Positions 13,101 to 24,700 of a stretch of 64,000 bases of DNA are shown in pieces. The notes under the pieces are model-generated. The model was not told where the DNA came from and did no database searches. It worked only from the letters and a program-made list of their open reading frames with translations. Source of the DNA: Amoebophrya sp. A120 (Eukaryota > Protista > Dinoflagellata); the NCBI GenBank assembly GCA_905178155.1, contig CAJINV010000005.1, positions 3,292,833 through 3,356,832 of the forward strand, read 5' to 3'. Positions within the stretch are counted from its first letter, which is position 1, and each line of letters starts with the position of its first letter. A program made the translations under genes and the position numbers.

Positions 13101-16032
13101 TTTGGAAATAAACCCGAACAGCAAGAACACAGTGCCCCATGAGGAAAGCAGTAAAATCATTGGTCCTTCAACAAGAACAACTACCGGTAGTTCTTGTAGT
13201 TCCAACTCAAAAAAGCAAAAACCTTCTTCCGCATCGAAATTATCGAAGAAACAGAAGCAAAACGTGGTCCTGACGAAGCAATCCGACCACTACACACAGC
13301 AAGAGCAATCCACCTTCGACGATAAACTGCAGCACTTGCTGGACATATGAGAGTTGTGCACAAATCCTCCTTTCCCTCCTGTGTCATGCAAGCTCGTCTA
13401 TGTTGATCCAGTTCCATGACAAATTTTTTCGGAATAAGCTCAAAGTAGAGTAAGTACTACTCTCGGCCGCGAACTATGGAGGAAGTGCCACACACAGGCT
13501 CCTCGTCCTCTACTTCTACGTGTGCTGCTGTCTGTATAATTGCTGTTCATCGACCCATACGAATGAATCTACGAGGGGAACAAGGGGGAGTTGCGCCTGT
13601 TCATAGGACAACGAAGTGCCGTCTCCTACCAGCGCCCAGGAGATGGAGCAGGTCCGGTACCAGCAGAAGCGGTCTTTGAAGCAGTTTTTCCACGAAAACA
13701 TCCAGTCCAAGCGACTGCAGTTGTCGAAGACGTTGCAGCAGCGGGCTTTGCAAACGCCGTCGTTTCTTCTCTACTCCAACGCGGATCTGGCGGGGATGTG
13801 CGAAACGATGAATTCCATGGATGTGCAGGGGAGCCACATCGATCCGGAATACTTTGCCGCGGAGTCGATGTAACTAATATAGGGCTGCTTGACAAGAACT
13901 TTTGATATTCATTGTGTCCATCACGATCGATGCATGAGCACGCCCAGGAAAGAACTACTCGCTGCATATGATACAACGTCAGTTCCGCTTCCGTCGAGAA
14001 CTTTTACTTGCAATACGTAGTTGCGATACGTAGAAGTGGAGGCGCTTTTCAGTTAATCGAATGGGGATGGTACTTCTATGTACTAAAGTAGGCGATTTCT
14101 ATCTACTCGAAAATAAATCGTTTATCGCAGGCTCGTCCAGCCCCAGCACCGGTTCACACTGGTCGACTGGCTCACCGAGGTGACGCGGGCATTCAATCAC
14201 GCGACCGTCACGCTTGAGCTCGCGGTCAACATTTTGGACAGCTACTGCACGAAGGAAGAAAAGCAGATCCAGTTGCGGTTCTACCAGTTGATTGGCGCGG
14301 TCTGCCTCTTCATCGCGACTAAGGCGACGGAGGTGGTGCCGTTGCAACTGGACGAACTGGTGAAACTGTGCGACGCGCAATACTATCCTGTGCAAAAATA
14401 ATGATATCGCACTCGTGCAAATAGTCGCAGTCGTCGTGCATGACAGATTAGTATTGCTTTCCCTAGTACAACCTCCTAAGTGGTCTGCATCTTTCTTAAT
14501 ATCTGAGTTGCGTTTTTTCTCCTTGAAAAAAATAATTTTTCAGCCAATTTCTAGTACAGGTACGACAGCGGTATCGTTCTTTTGCAATGCATAAATGTCA
14601 GGAGAAGGACTTTTTACAAAAAGAAGTGGATATCGTCAACTGCTTGGAGTTCGAGCTATTCCGCGAACCTTCGGTGACCGAGTACGGTGGTATGTGGATC
14701 GCACTGTGGGTGGGCAAGGTGCTGCGTGGGGAGGGGCACAGGAAGGAGCACGGGAATAGCAAATCGCTGGCGACGAGCAACAAGGATAACTGTTTATCGA
14801 CCAAAAAGCCGTCACGGGTGAGCCCGAATACGGATTGGAACAGATACAACACCCTGTCGACAAGAACGCCGACTTCGTCTAGAGCGGCCGCTGGATTCAA
14901 CTCCACCTCGGGAATCAAGGCGACGAACTCCGCTGCCAGGATTTGCGCAACGTCGTCTGCAGCCTCTGGTAGTAAGATGCCCAGTTGTCACCAGAGGGAC
15001 CAGATGAACAATCCGCATAATTTCTCCCACGAATCTTTGAAGCGGAAGGCGGCCAGCGGCTCGACGTACTCCGGTTCTTCGCCAACATCTTCATCATCTT
15101 CCAGTCATCCGTCGTCCAATAATTCATCTTCCGGGAAGAAAAATAAATGCTACTACTATACCGATCAAAACGGGAACAAAATTGACTACCTCGTGGCACC
15201 TCGTCCCTCTGAGGATCAAGAATTGTCAAATGTTTTGTTTCCGACGTTGTCGACGAAGACAATGCGGATGTTTGAGTGCGACAACTTGATCCTGGACCCC
15301 TGGTGGATGTTTCACGCGCGGGACCAGAAGGGCTTGCTCTTCACGTTCTTCTCCTTTTTTGTCGAGTTGCAGCTGCACAACACGGACTTTCTCGTCTTCA
15401 CTCCGAAGAAACGGGCCGCGTCGGCGCTGTACTGTGCGTTGTGCCTGCTGCTGCCCGCCGAGAAGGAACGACGAGAACTGATTGTGATGGAGTGTTGTAG
15501 GAATAGCGCCGTAGGTTCTAGTGGCCGGAACAAGAAGAAAAACCCGCCGCGGAAAAGTCCCCTGACGTCGTGGCAAGACGAGTCGTCGTGCAGGATTGGT
15601 ATCCGTAATATGATTGCATTAGATGGCATGAGTGCTTCAACAAAATCCGGGCGACGTCCGCGACTTAGCGGGGCTGACGCTCATGTCCGTTTCAGTACTT
15701 AGTCTTGAATAGAAAACTGCAAGCCATGGCGAATTCAGTACCTAAACCTATAGATTCGTGCAAAAACAAACAAAACCAAAATCCGATGAATTCCAGATCC
15801 GATCCGCCTGGAGAAACTGCGGCGGGAACAAATCGCGACCTTGGATTCGCTACCGAAGTGGCCGTTGGAATTGATCCAGATCTCGGGTTTCTGGGCCATC
15901 GAGCTGCGAGAAGAGGTCTTGCAGCTGCGGTTGGCGTTTGAGCGGCACTTCAGCCGGCTTCGGGGGCAGGGCCTGATGAAGCGGTGGGAACCCCGGTGTG
16001 GAAAGTATTTGAAAGCGACAAACATTTTCTGA
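7170..16032 (+). CDS. Giant mitotic-type (A/B-like) cyclin, about 2317 aa, with N-terminal destruction box
   Basis: Exons 7170-7264, 7552-10752, 11009-12068, 12496-13345, 13611-13869, 14131-14383, 14599-15598 and 15797-16032 (6954 nt, one frame). N-terminal RRGLRDISN fits the D-box. Cyclin box reads HRFTLVDWLTEV...TLELAVNILDSY...YQLIGAVCLFIATKATE...QKEVDIVNCLEFEL. Five introners and two GT-AG introns. Confidence 0.75.
7265..7546. mobile_element. Introner
   Basis: TATGGAATTCTCAGGCGTTTTTA...TAAGAACGTTTGAGCACTCCATA with flanks TCGGA/GTGGA. Removing 287 nt joins the D-box exon to the 7547 ORF. Confidence 0.85.
10753..11003. mobile_element. Introner, family A
   Basis: About 31-bp near-perfect IRs TATCAAATGTAAAAGTGTCTGGGTCTGGAAG with flanks CTGCA/GTGCA. 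Removing 256 nt restores the frame. Confidence 0.95.
12069..12490. mobile_element. Introner with probable nested insertion
   Basis: TATGCACTGTAAAAGCT...AGCTTTTGCAATGTATA with exact DR TCTGC. Removing 427 nt restores the frame. Confidence 0.9.
13346..13605. mobile_element. Introner (family of 53304)
   Basis: TATGAGAGTTGTGCAC...GTTCATA with exact DR GGACA. Removing 265 nt restores the frame. Confidence 0.9.
14384..14593. mobile_element. Introner, family E, inside the cyclin box
   Basis: TATCCTGTGCAAAA...TTTTGCAATGCATA with flanks AATAC/AATGT. Removal gives CDAQY-QEKDFLQKE. Confidence 0.85.
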
Positions 16033-16570
16033 AAATGTTGTACTACGGTAGAACTGGCTCCACTAAACTACTTAAAACTTTCACGACTTGTAAGATGGAG
16101 GAGATGAGTTGGAAAAGGAACACACAACTCGAATTCGGTTGCAGCCATGAAAGAAAATCTATTACTAATTCTAGATGATGATGATCTGTTGAGCTAGTAT
16201 TTATTGATCGGCTGCACTTTCAGTTTCTACTCAGCAATTTAAATTTTGGTTTGGAGCTGACGTCACATTCGTGGCGCGGGTCATGGCTTCCAAGTTTATT
16301 TGTTTCACAATTTTGGCCGAGAACTTTTTTCCCTTTCAAAAGTATATGTCAAACAGTTTCTACATTTTACCTCGCGTTTCAATGTTTTCTTCTACTAGAT
16401 TACACCCTGTTTACCGTTATTTGTCTTCGCAAGACGAAAAATGCGAATATAGACGGACCATGATCTAGGTTTCTTTCGGAACGGGACTGAAACCTAAATA
16501 CACCGGGCGGGAGGCTGAACACGGCGTCGCAACCCACCGCGAAATGCGAGCTAGGCCTTTCGCTTTACTA

Positions 16571-16632
16571 TTCGCACGTTCCTAGAACCAAGTCCTAGAA
16601 ATAGTTTTTCGCACGTTCCTAGAACCAAGTCC
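16571..16632. repeat. Short direct repeat, 2 x 25 bp
   Basis: TTCGCACGTTCCTAGAACCAAGTCC occurs twice, intergenic. Confidence 0.8.
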
Positions 16633-17925
16633 AACTTGTACTCGGCTGTCTTCAGCACCTATGTTTCTACTCTTTGTTGGTTCCTATGCGAGAATGGAAA
16701 CTTTCGTGTCTTTCTTGACCTCGAGAGCTGCTTTGTCCGTTTGCCACTTCTTCCTGTTCGAGGAAGTTCTCTGATAGAAGTAGAACTAAGTTTTGACATC
16801 AGTGATGAGCTATTAATTTACTTAGGCTTTTTCCACCGTTTTTGCTATGCTTTATGAAAATGAAAATGAATCTAGCATCACTTGTACTCCTTCTAGGGGA
16901 AGTCAAGACAGATGAAGTGCGACTGCGTTGTCAAAGTTAGTAGCCACGAGGCGAGTTTGTTTTTAGTACTACGCGTCGCTGCCGGTGTGGACGGTCATTT
17001 CTGAGAACTAGGAAGTCTTTCACCATAGTACTCTTCTCGCTTTTGCTGTGTGCAAAAATAGAACTTAAACTGTATGATTTTTCAGGGAACTCTGTTTGAT
17101 TTTCATCTATCTACCTAGAACTTTCTTCACACAGTCACTCGACTCGACAAGCTACTTGATGTGTCCAATGCAATTACACAATATTGTAGTCTATTATGTC
17201 ACAACTCTGTACGCCGATACCGATAGCGAATTGCTTTTAGTGACATCAATGAATTTGAATTTGATTTTGCTTTGAACTTTTTGCAACACTCTACCTCCGT
17301 CTGTGTCTTGATGAAGAACTTGATCGGGAGCGGTCCTTCCTTCCGATGAAGGATATCTCCAGGCTTTTCTACGACGACCTTTCAAATGACAACGAACTGA
17401 TATATGAAGGGTTTGAGCTTTTCTTTTTGTTATTTCGGACGAATGAGTTGCAAAAAAATATCTGAGGCGGTTTCTCCGTCTTGTGAGCATGACGCGAATA
17501 TGGTCGTGGGCCGCGTTCGTTCCAGTATCCTAATGAGACCTACTATTGCGGAATTTGTCCGCCGCGAGCAAGCTGCACCACTTTTAACGGAGAGATGGAG
17601 AAAAACTGTGAAGGTGTTGCTGTTGCCCAGCGATGATATGCAGCCATCTACTCAGAGCTGCTTCCTTGTTTCGTAAGATGAAAGTAGGGCGATACTTCTT
17701 TGGCGGTAGCACTAGACAGAGTGCATCTTTTTTTCAACCCAGATGAGACGAGATCTCCGGGGAGCGACAGAAGCAGAGCGACACGAGTAGAGAGTTTCAG
17801 GTTTTACTGCTATGAGACGAGTATGTAACTACTTATACTTAATGCCAAAGTTTACTTCGACATCGATTTTTTTCGCTCTGGTTGTAGCCAAGAAAAAAGC
17901 GACAATATCCAGAGACACCTCCAAG

Positions 17926-19364
17926 ATGCTGGGCCATTTTGCACGAAGAACTGGGGCAGCTGCCCGCACTACGACAAGCTCCGCTCTCCGGAATCCGGTA
18001 CAGGCAGTGGCCTGCAGAGGGTACAACTATGTTTGGATTAGGGACGGTGTTTCTATATGCATTTTTAGTTCCAAGGAAGAACAACGACAACTGAGGATGC
18101 GCAGTGTCATGCGAATGAACGAAAGCAAAGCAAATCCTTCGAGAGCGAGAGTGAATTTGCGTTCTTGCGGTTGCGTGTGTCCAAACAGGTTCGCCATGAG
18201 CAAGCCAGAGGTGACGAAAAAGCTGCAAAACTACCACGACCAGCTCCTCGGCACCAACTGGGGGGATTACCTGGAATTGGTGGCAATTGCATTTTTTTTG
18301 TCTGAATTATTACATGCGCTCTTGGCATGTCCATGTTGACAACGTCAGAGACAAACAAGATCCGAGATGCAGACTTTGCAAGACAAATCGCCGAGAGAAC
18401 TACAGCCTCCACAAATACTTCTACAGGTACACAACGAGCCTTTTCTGTCAGCGGAGCTGGAAAGCATAGCAGACGAGATGGGGCCCTATATGAAGGACAC
18501 AGAGCTGGGACCAAAATACCAGTATGCATTACAGGCTACGGACTGTATGTATGCGTATAGTTTACTTCAAATTTTTTTTTTGTTTTCTGATTTTTTCTTC
18601 CCCGTTTGCTTTACTTTGATGCTGAGTGGTTCTTGCTTCCAACAAAAGAACTTGTGATGTAGTGGTGCTGCATCGCAGCCGGCTCTCAAAAAGAAGTATG
18701 TAAAAGCAGATGACATTCTAGCGCTTCTAGTTCTACCTGATTTACTCACTACCAGCTGTGAAGACGTCCGCGATCACCTGAACGAAATTTTGGAACTGAT
18801 GACGCGAAAAACCGGGGTGCTGGGCATGGGTATCAACGCCGGGGAGCCGGTCGAGAACTTGACGGAGCAGGCCGAGATGCTGAATAACGAGTACGAAAAG
18901 CTCCTGAAGCAGTACCCGGACTTCAAGCCAAAGGTCGAGCAGTCGGTCGGGCATGGCCTTTATGCAGAGTGCAAAAGAAAGTGATAGTAAACCGGATTTT
19001 TAGGTTTTGGATTGTTTGTCTTCGCGTTCTTCCGCGTCCAAAACGTATCTTCGCATGTGTTTGTTGTATCTACTTTTGAAGCGCGCCGCGCGCGCCGCGT
19101 TGTCATTTGGCTTTTCTTGGAACATCATGTAGAGTTAAACCTGTAGACCTCAATGGAAAGTAAATAACTGTAGAAGAAGTGGACGTTGTCATGCGATAAA
19201 AATACATGCGATCGAGATCGACATCGATGTCGATGCTCACCTCCCGGGGGGCAAATCGAAGCAACGGTAAAAGATTTATTGCTACTTTTGCACGGCATAT
19301 CTTGGCGATTTTGCGCATGAAGCACAAATTCGCGTTCTCGAGCGGCCATCGGTTCTTCTACTGA
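17926..19364 (+). CDS. Probable mitochondrial protein of unknown function
   Basis: Arg/Ala/Thr-rich presequence-like start MLGHFARRTGAAARTTTSSALRN. GT-AG introns 18021-18188, 18280-18426 and 18555-18755 plus introner 18961-19299(+5) give a continuous frame ending KPKVEQSVGHGLAILRMKHKFAFSSGHRFFY*. Confidence 0.7.
18961..19299. mobile_element. Introner, degenerate
   Basis: TATGCAGAGTGCAAAAG...CTTTTGCACGGCATA with flanks GCCTT/TCTTG. The +5 removal gives GHGL-AILRMKHKF. Confidence 0.8.
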
Positions 19365-20128
19365 GCGCGGACTCGTCCGGTGGAAAACAGAAAAGGATCG
19401 TCGGACTTATCGCCCGGGAAGGATGCAAGACAAAGACTTTTTACAACCATCTCAACAGTTCACTGTAGTCCTAGTCCTAGTCGTAGTCTCTTTGTTTTCA
19501 CTTTTCTCAGCAAGGAGGTCCTCGCTACTTATACAGCTCAGTGAAGATGACATAGCCTCAGGAAGTAGTGACATGATCATTACTCGGGAACAAGGCAGCA
19601 AACCAGTAGACGCAGCTGGTTTATTGGCTGGTGACCCACGGATGCTTGCCAAGAAACCTCACGCACTGCAGCTCCGGAAACGAATGTCACAGCGACGCTT
19701 GTGGTCTAATAGTAATATCTCAACGAGGATTGAACTAGTGCCCTTTCTTGTGGGGGCGAAAGCAATGGCAGAAGTGCGAACAAGAGGAGATGAAACGCGA
19801 AGAAACACATTTTTGGTCACCAAACGAATGCCGTGGGGCGGTTTATTTTCGCCAGGCTGCTACTTGTACTTTCTTAGTTACATGATCTCGCTTATGCCGA
19901 ATGAAATGAACTAAAAAATTCTGTTTACAGTGGGGGGCTCAATGCAAAATTAGGGATAGACTAAGAAAAAGGTTGATACGCTCTTCAGTCGATTCGCTAG
20001 AGGTTCATTTTTCTGTGTCGGAAAGTCGGAGGCTGAAAGCGTTTTTCAGCTGATGCTTCATCTTCTACCACTCGTGCCATCGTCGCTCCTGCTGTCGCTC
20101 TTTCATTGTGTGCTGCTTTCGTTAATAG

Positions 20129-21387
20129 CGATGCTATGGTCGTCCTCGCTGGAGATCTCCAGATAACATTTCGTACAATCGTACGAAAATGCGCTGGCTC
20201 GTACAATCGACGACACTGGCAGGGCTGGACGTACCCCAGCCGGAAGGTGCGGGGCAGGTCCCCCAATCGCTTTTTGTACAATTGTACGAAAATAGGAGGT
20301 CGCACAGCCGCTTGCTTTGTACAAAAGGGCGCGCAAGTGTTTGTGCCAAATACGACGGCTCTGCTGCCTTGCTTCTCGGTGGTCGTTGTCGATTCCTTGT
20401 CGATTCCACTCGTTGCGCCCATGTTTCGGGGTGACCTCTGTCGAGTCCGTGTCGATTCCTTGTCGATTCCTTGTCGATTCTTTGTCGATTCTTTGTCGAT
20501 TTCGTACAATTTCGTACAATTGTACGAAATTCGCAGTTTCTTTTAGAAATAATGACTTCGTACAATTGTACGAAATTAGGAAAGTGGCATTTTCTTTCAG
20601 AGCTGCTGACTTCGTACAATTGTACGAAATGAGAAAAAATCGACAAGGAATCGGCAAGGAATCGACAAAGAATCGACAAGGAATCGACAAGGAATCGACA
20701 AGGAATCGACAGAGGCTCCGCGCCGCTGTTGTGGATGCACTTGGGCGCGCGCGGACACTGGGCGCGCGGGCAGCGCTGCCGCGGCCCGCAGAATGCAAGC
20801 ACGCCTGCGAAAGTGGCGGACAGTGTTGTCCCCCGTTTCGTACAATTGTACGAAAAGCGGCTTGCTCCTTTAGGTCGTCGCCTGCTGGCGCCGCCATCCC
20901 CCCGATGGTAATGTACGAAATCGCTACGCCGCAGGGTGGCGGCGTGACGCCACGTGCCACGCCGCTTTTCGTACAATTGTACAAAATCGCCACGCCGCAG
21001 GGTGAGCGGGGCCTCCATTTCGTACAAGTGTACAAAGCAAGGCTCGAACCGGATGGCGTACAGTGCAAAAGCCGCGCAGCCGGTTCGATACAGTAGAACC
21101 GCAGCGCGGCGCGCAATTGTTCGACACCGAAAGAGGACGCCAAAAACTGCCCAGCGACTTGGAGCAAAGCGCTGGCTTTGTGTGGTTTCAAGTCGCCGGC
21201 CTTCTCTCTGGCCGTGTGGCGCACGACAACAGTCGTGAGCGTAGACATTGGAGCACGTGCGCGCGATTTTCGTTTTGGATAAGGAATCGACAAAGAATCG
21301 ACTAGGGGTTTGGCAAAATTCGTTGGGAGTTCACTGTCGAGGTGTTTCCGTGTCAACGATGCTATGGTCGTCCTCGCTGGAGATCTC
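20129..21387. repeat. Palindrome-rich, probably mobile, segment bounded by a 31-bp direct repeat
   Basis: CGATGCTATGGTCGTCCTCGCTGGAGATCTC at 20129-20159 and 21357-21387. About 8 copies of TTCGTACAATTGTACGAA and inverted arrays of the 11-mer GTCGATTCCTT lie between them. Confidence 0.8.
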
Positions 21388-21715
21388 GTTCGTCGTTGCT
21401 CTCTTGCATCGCTCGCACAAGAATATTTGAATAAGTTTCGTAATCGCTCTGTCTACTTCGAATCAAATTGTTTGTGTATCACTTCTCATTTTGATTTTTT
21501 CCTCGTTCTTTCGGATAGATGATAGAAAGTCAATTCCTCTTTTGCTCTTAGAAGTCGCGACCGAAAGCGTTTTCTGGTGCTTAACTTGCTTGTTTTTCTA
21601 GTCAGATGTGGCCGCCGTTACTGTAGATGTAAGAACAAGTGATTGTGATCATAAACAGCATCAGCTACATACCGGTCTGCTCTGCTTTTTTCCCTTTCCT
21701 AAAGCACTTAAAAGG

Positions 21716-24700
21716 ATGATGGTTTCCTGTGTCGGGCAGCTCTTGCTGTTGTTTTCCGGCAGTTTTTCTACTACTATCGGCGTGTTGGGTCGCGAAAAAA
21801 CCACATCGAGAACCACACGACTACAAAAAGAAACGAAAAAGAAACCGTCTTCAAGAACATCTTCCGGGGCCCCGATGGCAACGTCGACGAGTTCATCTTC
21901 TTTCACGCAGGAGCAGAAGAAGAAGAACTCGCCCTTCCTGCCTGATGAGCGCGTGGACTCCGACACGATTTTTCCGGACGAGGAAGTGTTAAAGCACGTT
22001 TCGCACGGGCACAGACTGGTCCGCACTGCTGGGTCCTCGTCGTGGTCACCAGTGTCCACGACCAGCACAACTGCTTCATCCCAGGGCGGCCGCAACGTGC
22101 CGGGCGGTACCTCCTTGTTCCCAGCAGGGGAACAAGAAATAAAGCCCTCGTTAGCATCTTCTTCATCTGCAGTAGGAGGGAAATTTTCATCTTCCGAGAA
22201 GTTGTCTAGCAGGAACAATGGCAGCACGGGAGATGTTGAAATCACGACGACGTCGTCGCGCTCGAACAGAAAATTTGGAACAACTACAGCCCAAAATAAA
22301 GTGTCTCCTGATCATGAAATCAGCATGAGGAGGACCGGCAGGATGAGAAAAGCGTTGGCAGATGACGTGTATCAAATGCAAGAATGTCTGGGTCGTCTGG
22401 AAACTTGCGCTGACGCATGGCAGTGAATAAGAAGCACTAGCACAGTGTAAAGATACACCGCCAAGCATGGCAGATTTAGGCGTGGCTCTTTATTGCGTAT
22501 TCATCCGGATAAGAAACTGCGTTTTTGTATGACAGACAAGAGGTGCTCTTTGAGGCCACGCAATACAGGGCTCAGAGTCATGCCAAGCTAGCATGAGCAT
22601 GACAAATTCAAATCTCGAGGACATTTTGAAAATGTCCTCGGGTCTGGGTCTGGAAAATTTCCAGACCCAGACATAAGTTTGCATTTCATAACGTGAAAGT
22701 CCCCGCCGCGTCAGAAGAGGAAGATGACCAACCAGTGGAGGAAGCCGAACAAGCTTCTGCGTCGGAAGAGTACAACTTTATAAAACTACACTTGATTCTT
22801 GAGATCATTTGTTCTAATATGCGCTGTAGCTGCTGTAGTTTATAGCTCCTGTTCCTCGAGCTGCACCGCCCAAGCGGGCAAGAACTGTTAAATGCAAACT
22901 GAAGAAGTTGTAGTTGTATCGCTTGAAAGTATTGAATTTGATGTGTATAATTGGAAAATGCTTGCAGAATAAAGAGCGCATGCTTTGCAGGGATGAAGCA
23001 GGAGGTGTTTCTCGTCCGACAGTTCTAACCCTAGGAGCAACCGACTCGAATCACAATTTGATATTGATTTCCCTCCCATCTGCCTGTCTTGTACAGGCGC
23101 AAAGTCTGTCTTGTACAGGAAAAAATGAACTTTTTGTTCTCTTGATGTACAGGAAAATTCAACAACCGCCTGCATCCGTGGCAGCTGATGTTCCAGTTCA
23201 CCACAAGCACGCCGCTCGCGTGACCAAGTACAACTACAACCAGGAAAATGAATCGAACCTCCTAAGTAGTGGCGAACCAAATTACGGCTACGCTAGCGGT
23301 AGAAGTTATGGGAGTGCTGTCAGGACCTCGTGAAATCGACAAAGTGAAAGTACTATGAGGTATTTCGGCATGCATAAAATCGATACAAGAACCAGTAGGT
23401 TGCGCCCCGAATTTCAATTTGTAAGCAGCGAATGACAAATTTTGGCAGCGACGATCAAATTATGCAGCTTGTCATGCTGTTTGTGTTTGGTGCAATGATA
23501 ATGAAATAGGCTGTTTTTGCCGTGCTCCCTTGTAGCTGTATTCCGGGCCCGAAACACGCTTACAGTGATGTCCCTCGATTGCCTTCTCTGCAAGACGGGT
23601 CCTCCGTGCCTCACATTTTATGCATCACAAATCTTTGCCGTTTCAAGCTCGTCGATTTCAAGCCTGTCACCCCCAGCTGCATAGAAGTACCAACAGCGCC
23701 ACGACGGCGACACCGCCCTCTGCCGATCTGACCGAGCCGCAAGACGCGTCCGCCCTTGTCTGCCGGTTTTGCAAAGCGGTGCTGCTTTTCCTGGTTTTCC
23801 TCGTGCTGGGGGCGACTTACCCGAAAGTGGTGAAAGTGTGTATAACCCGCTCAGGTGTTACAACAATCTCAAACGTTACAATAGAATCCAGAATTTGTGT
23901 TGCATGAAGAGCATGAGGAACGTGCAGAGTATTGCGCTTTTCGCAATACAAATTTCGGCAGATTCTAGTGCGCTTTGGCACTCCAGAACTTGTCATGCGC
24001 ACACCTATGCGAGTTGGGTAGATGGATCATGCACTTCTTGCATGACAAAACCCAGATTCTATTGTAACAGTTGAGATTGTAACGTCTGAGCGGGTCATAG
24101 TGTGGGACCGGTGGTTTGGCGGCGGACGGAAGATTATGCTCCGTGGAAACATGATGGCGGACACGACGGACTACAGCTGCGCTGGTGTATCAAAAAATCC
24201 AGACACGAGTATAAAATCTCGATCTGGACGATAAAGTAAGAGCGAGTGTTTTTGGTAAACCACACGAAATTTTTGACTTCGACAAGTTGAACTTCTATCT
24301 TGCATGGCAGATTGGATTCAGTGTTATAGAAACTGACAACTTCCCTTCCAAGAGCATGAGAAGAAACGACACAACAACTCCTCGACGTCATTGGCATTTT
24401 CCTATCTCGCAACACGAATATAATCCAGACCCAGATAATTAAACATGTTTGCAGTGTACGATACGCGCGTTCATTATCTTGGGAACTGCACCCGAAAATG
24501 GAGTTTCACGACTGGTCTTATCGCACGGAAAAAATGAATCATACTCATACTCGCCCGAGTTCGACCCTGAAAAGTCATCACTTTTTTGAAAAAAAGCCGG
24601 CACTCTTGCCGAAAAAGTCAAGTATTTCATCAGCGATTTTTTTTTTTCCGGCGGAGAGTTTGCGTCTCGTGGAGGTAAGGCCTGGAGTATTTTTTTGGAT

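Noticed and set aside
20103-21356. 417-aa and other overlapping ORFs, and a CRISPR-like repeat pattern
   Set aside because: The ORFs are translations of repeats. Spacing is irregular, no cas genes are present and the context is eukaryotic.
23084-23152. Three tandem TGTACAGG acceptor-like sites
   Set aside because: The third gives an in-frame join; alternative use cannot be supported without RNA data.
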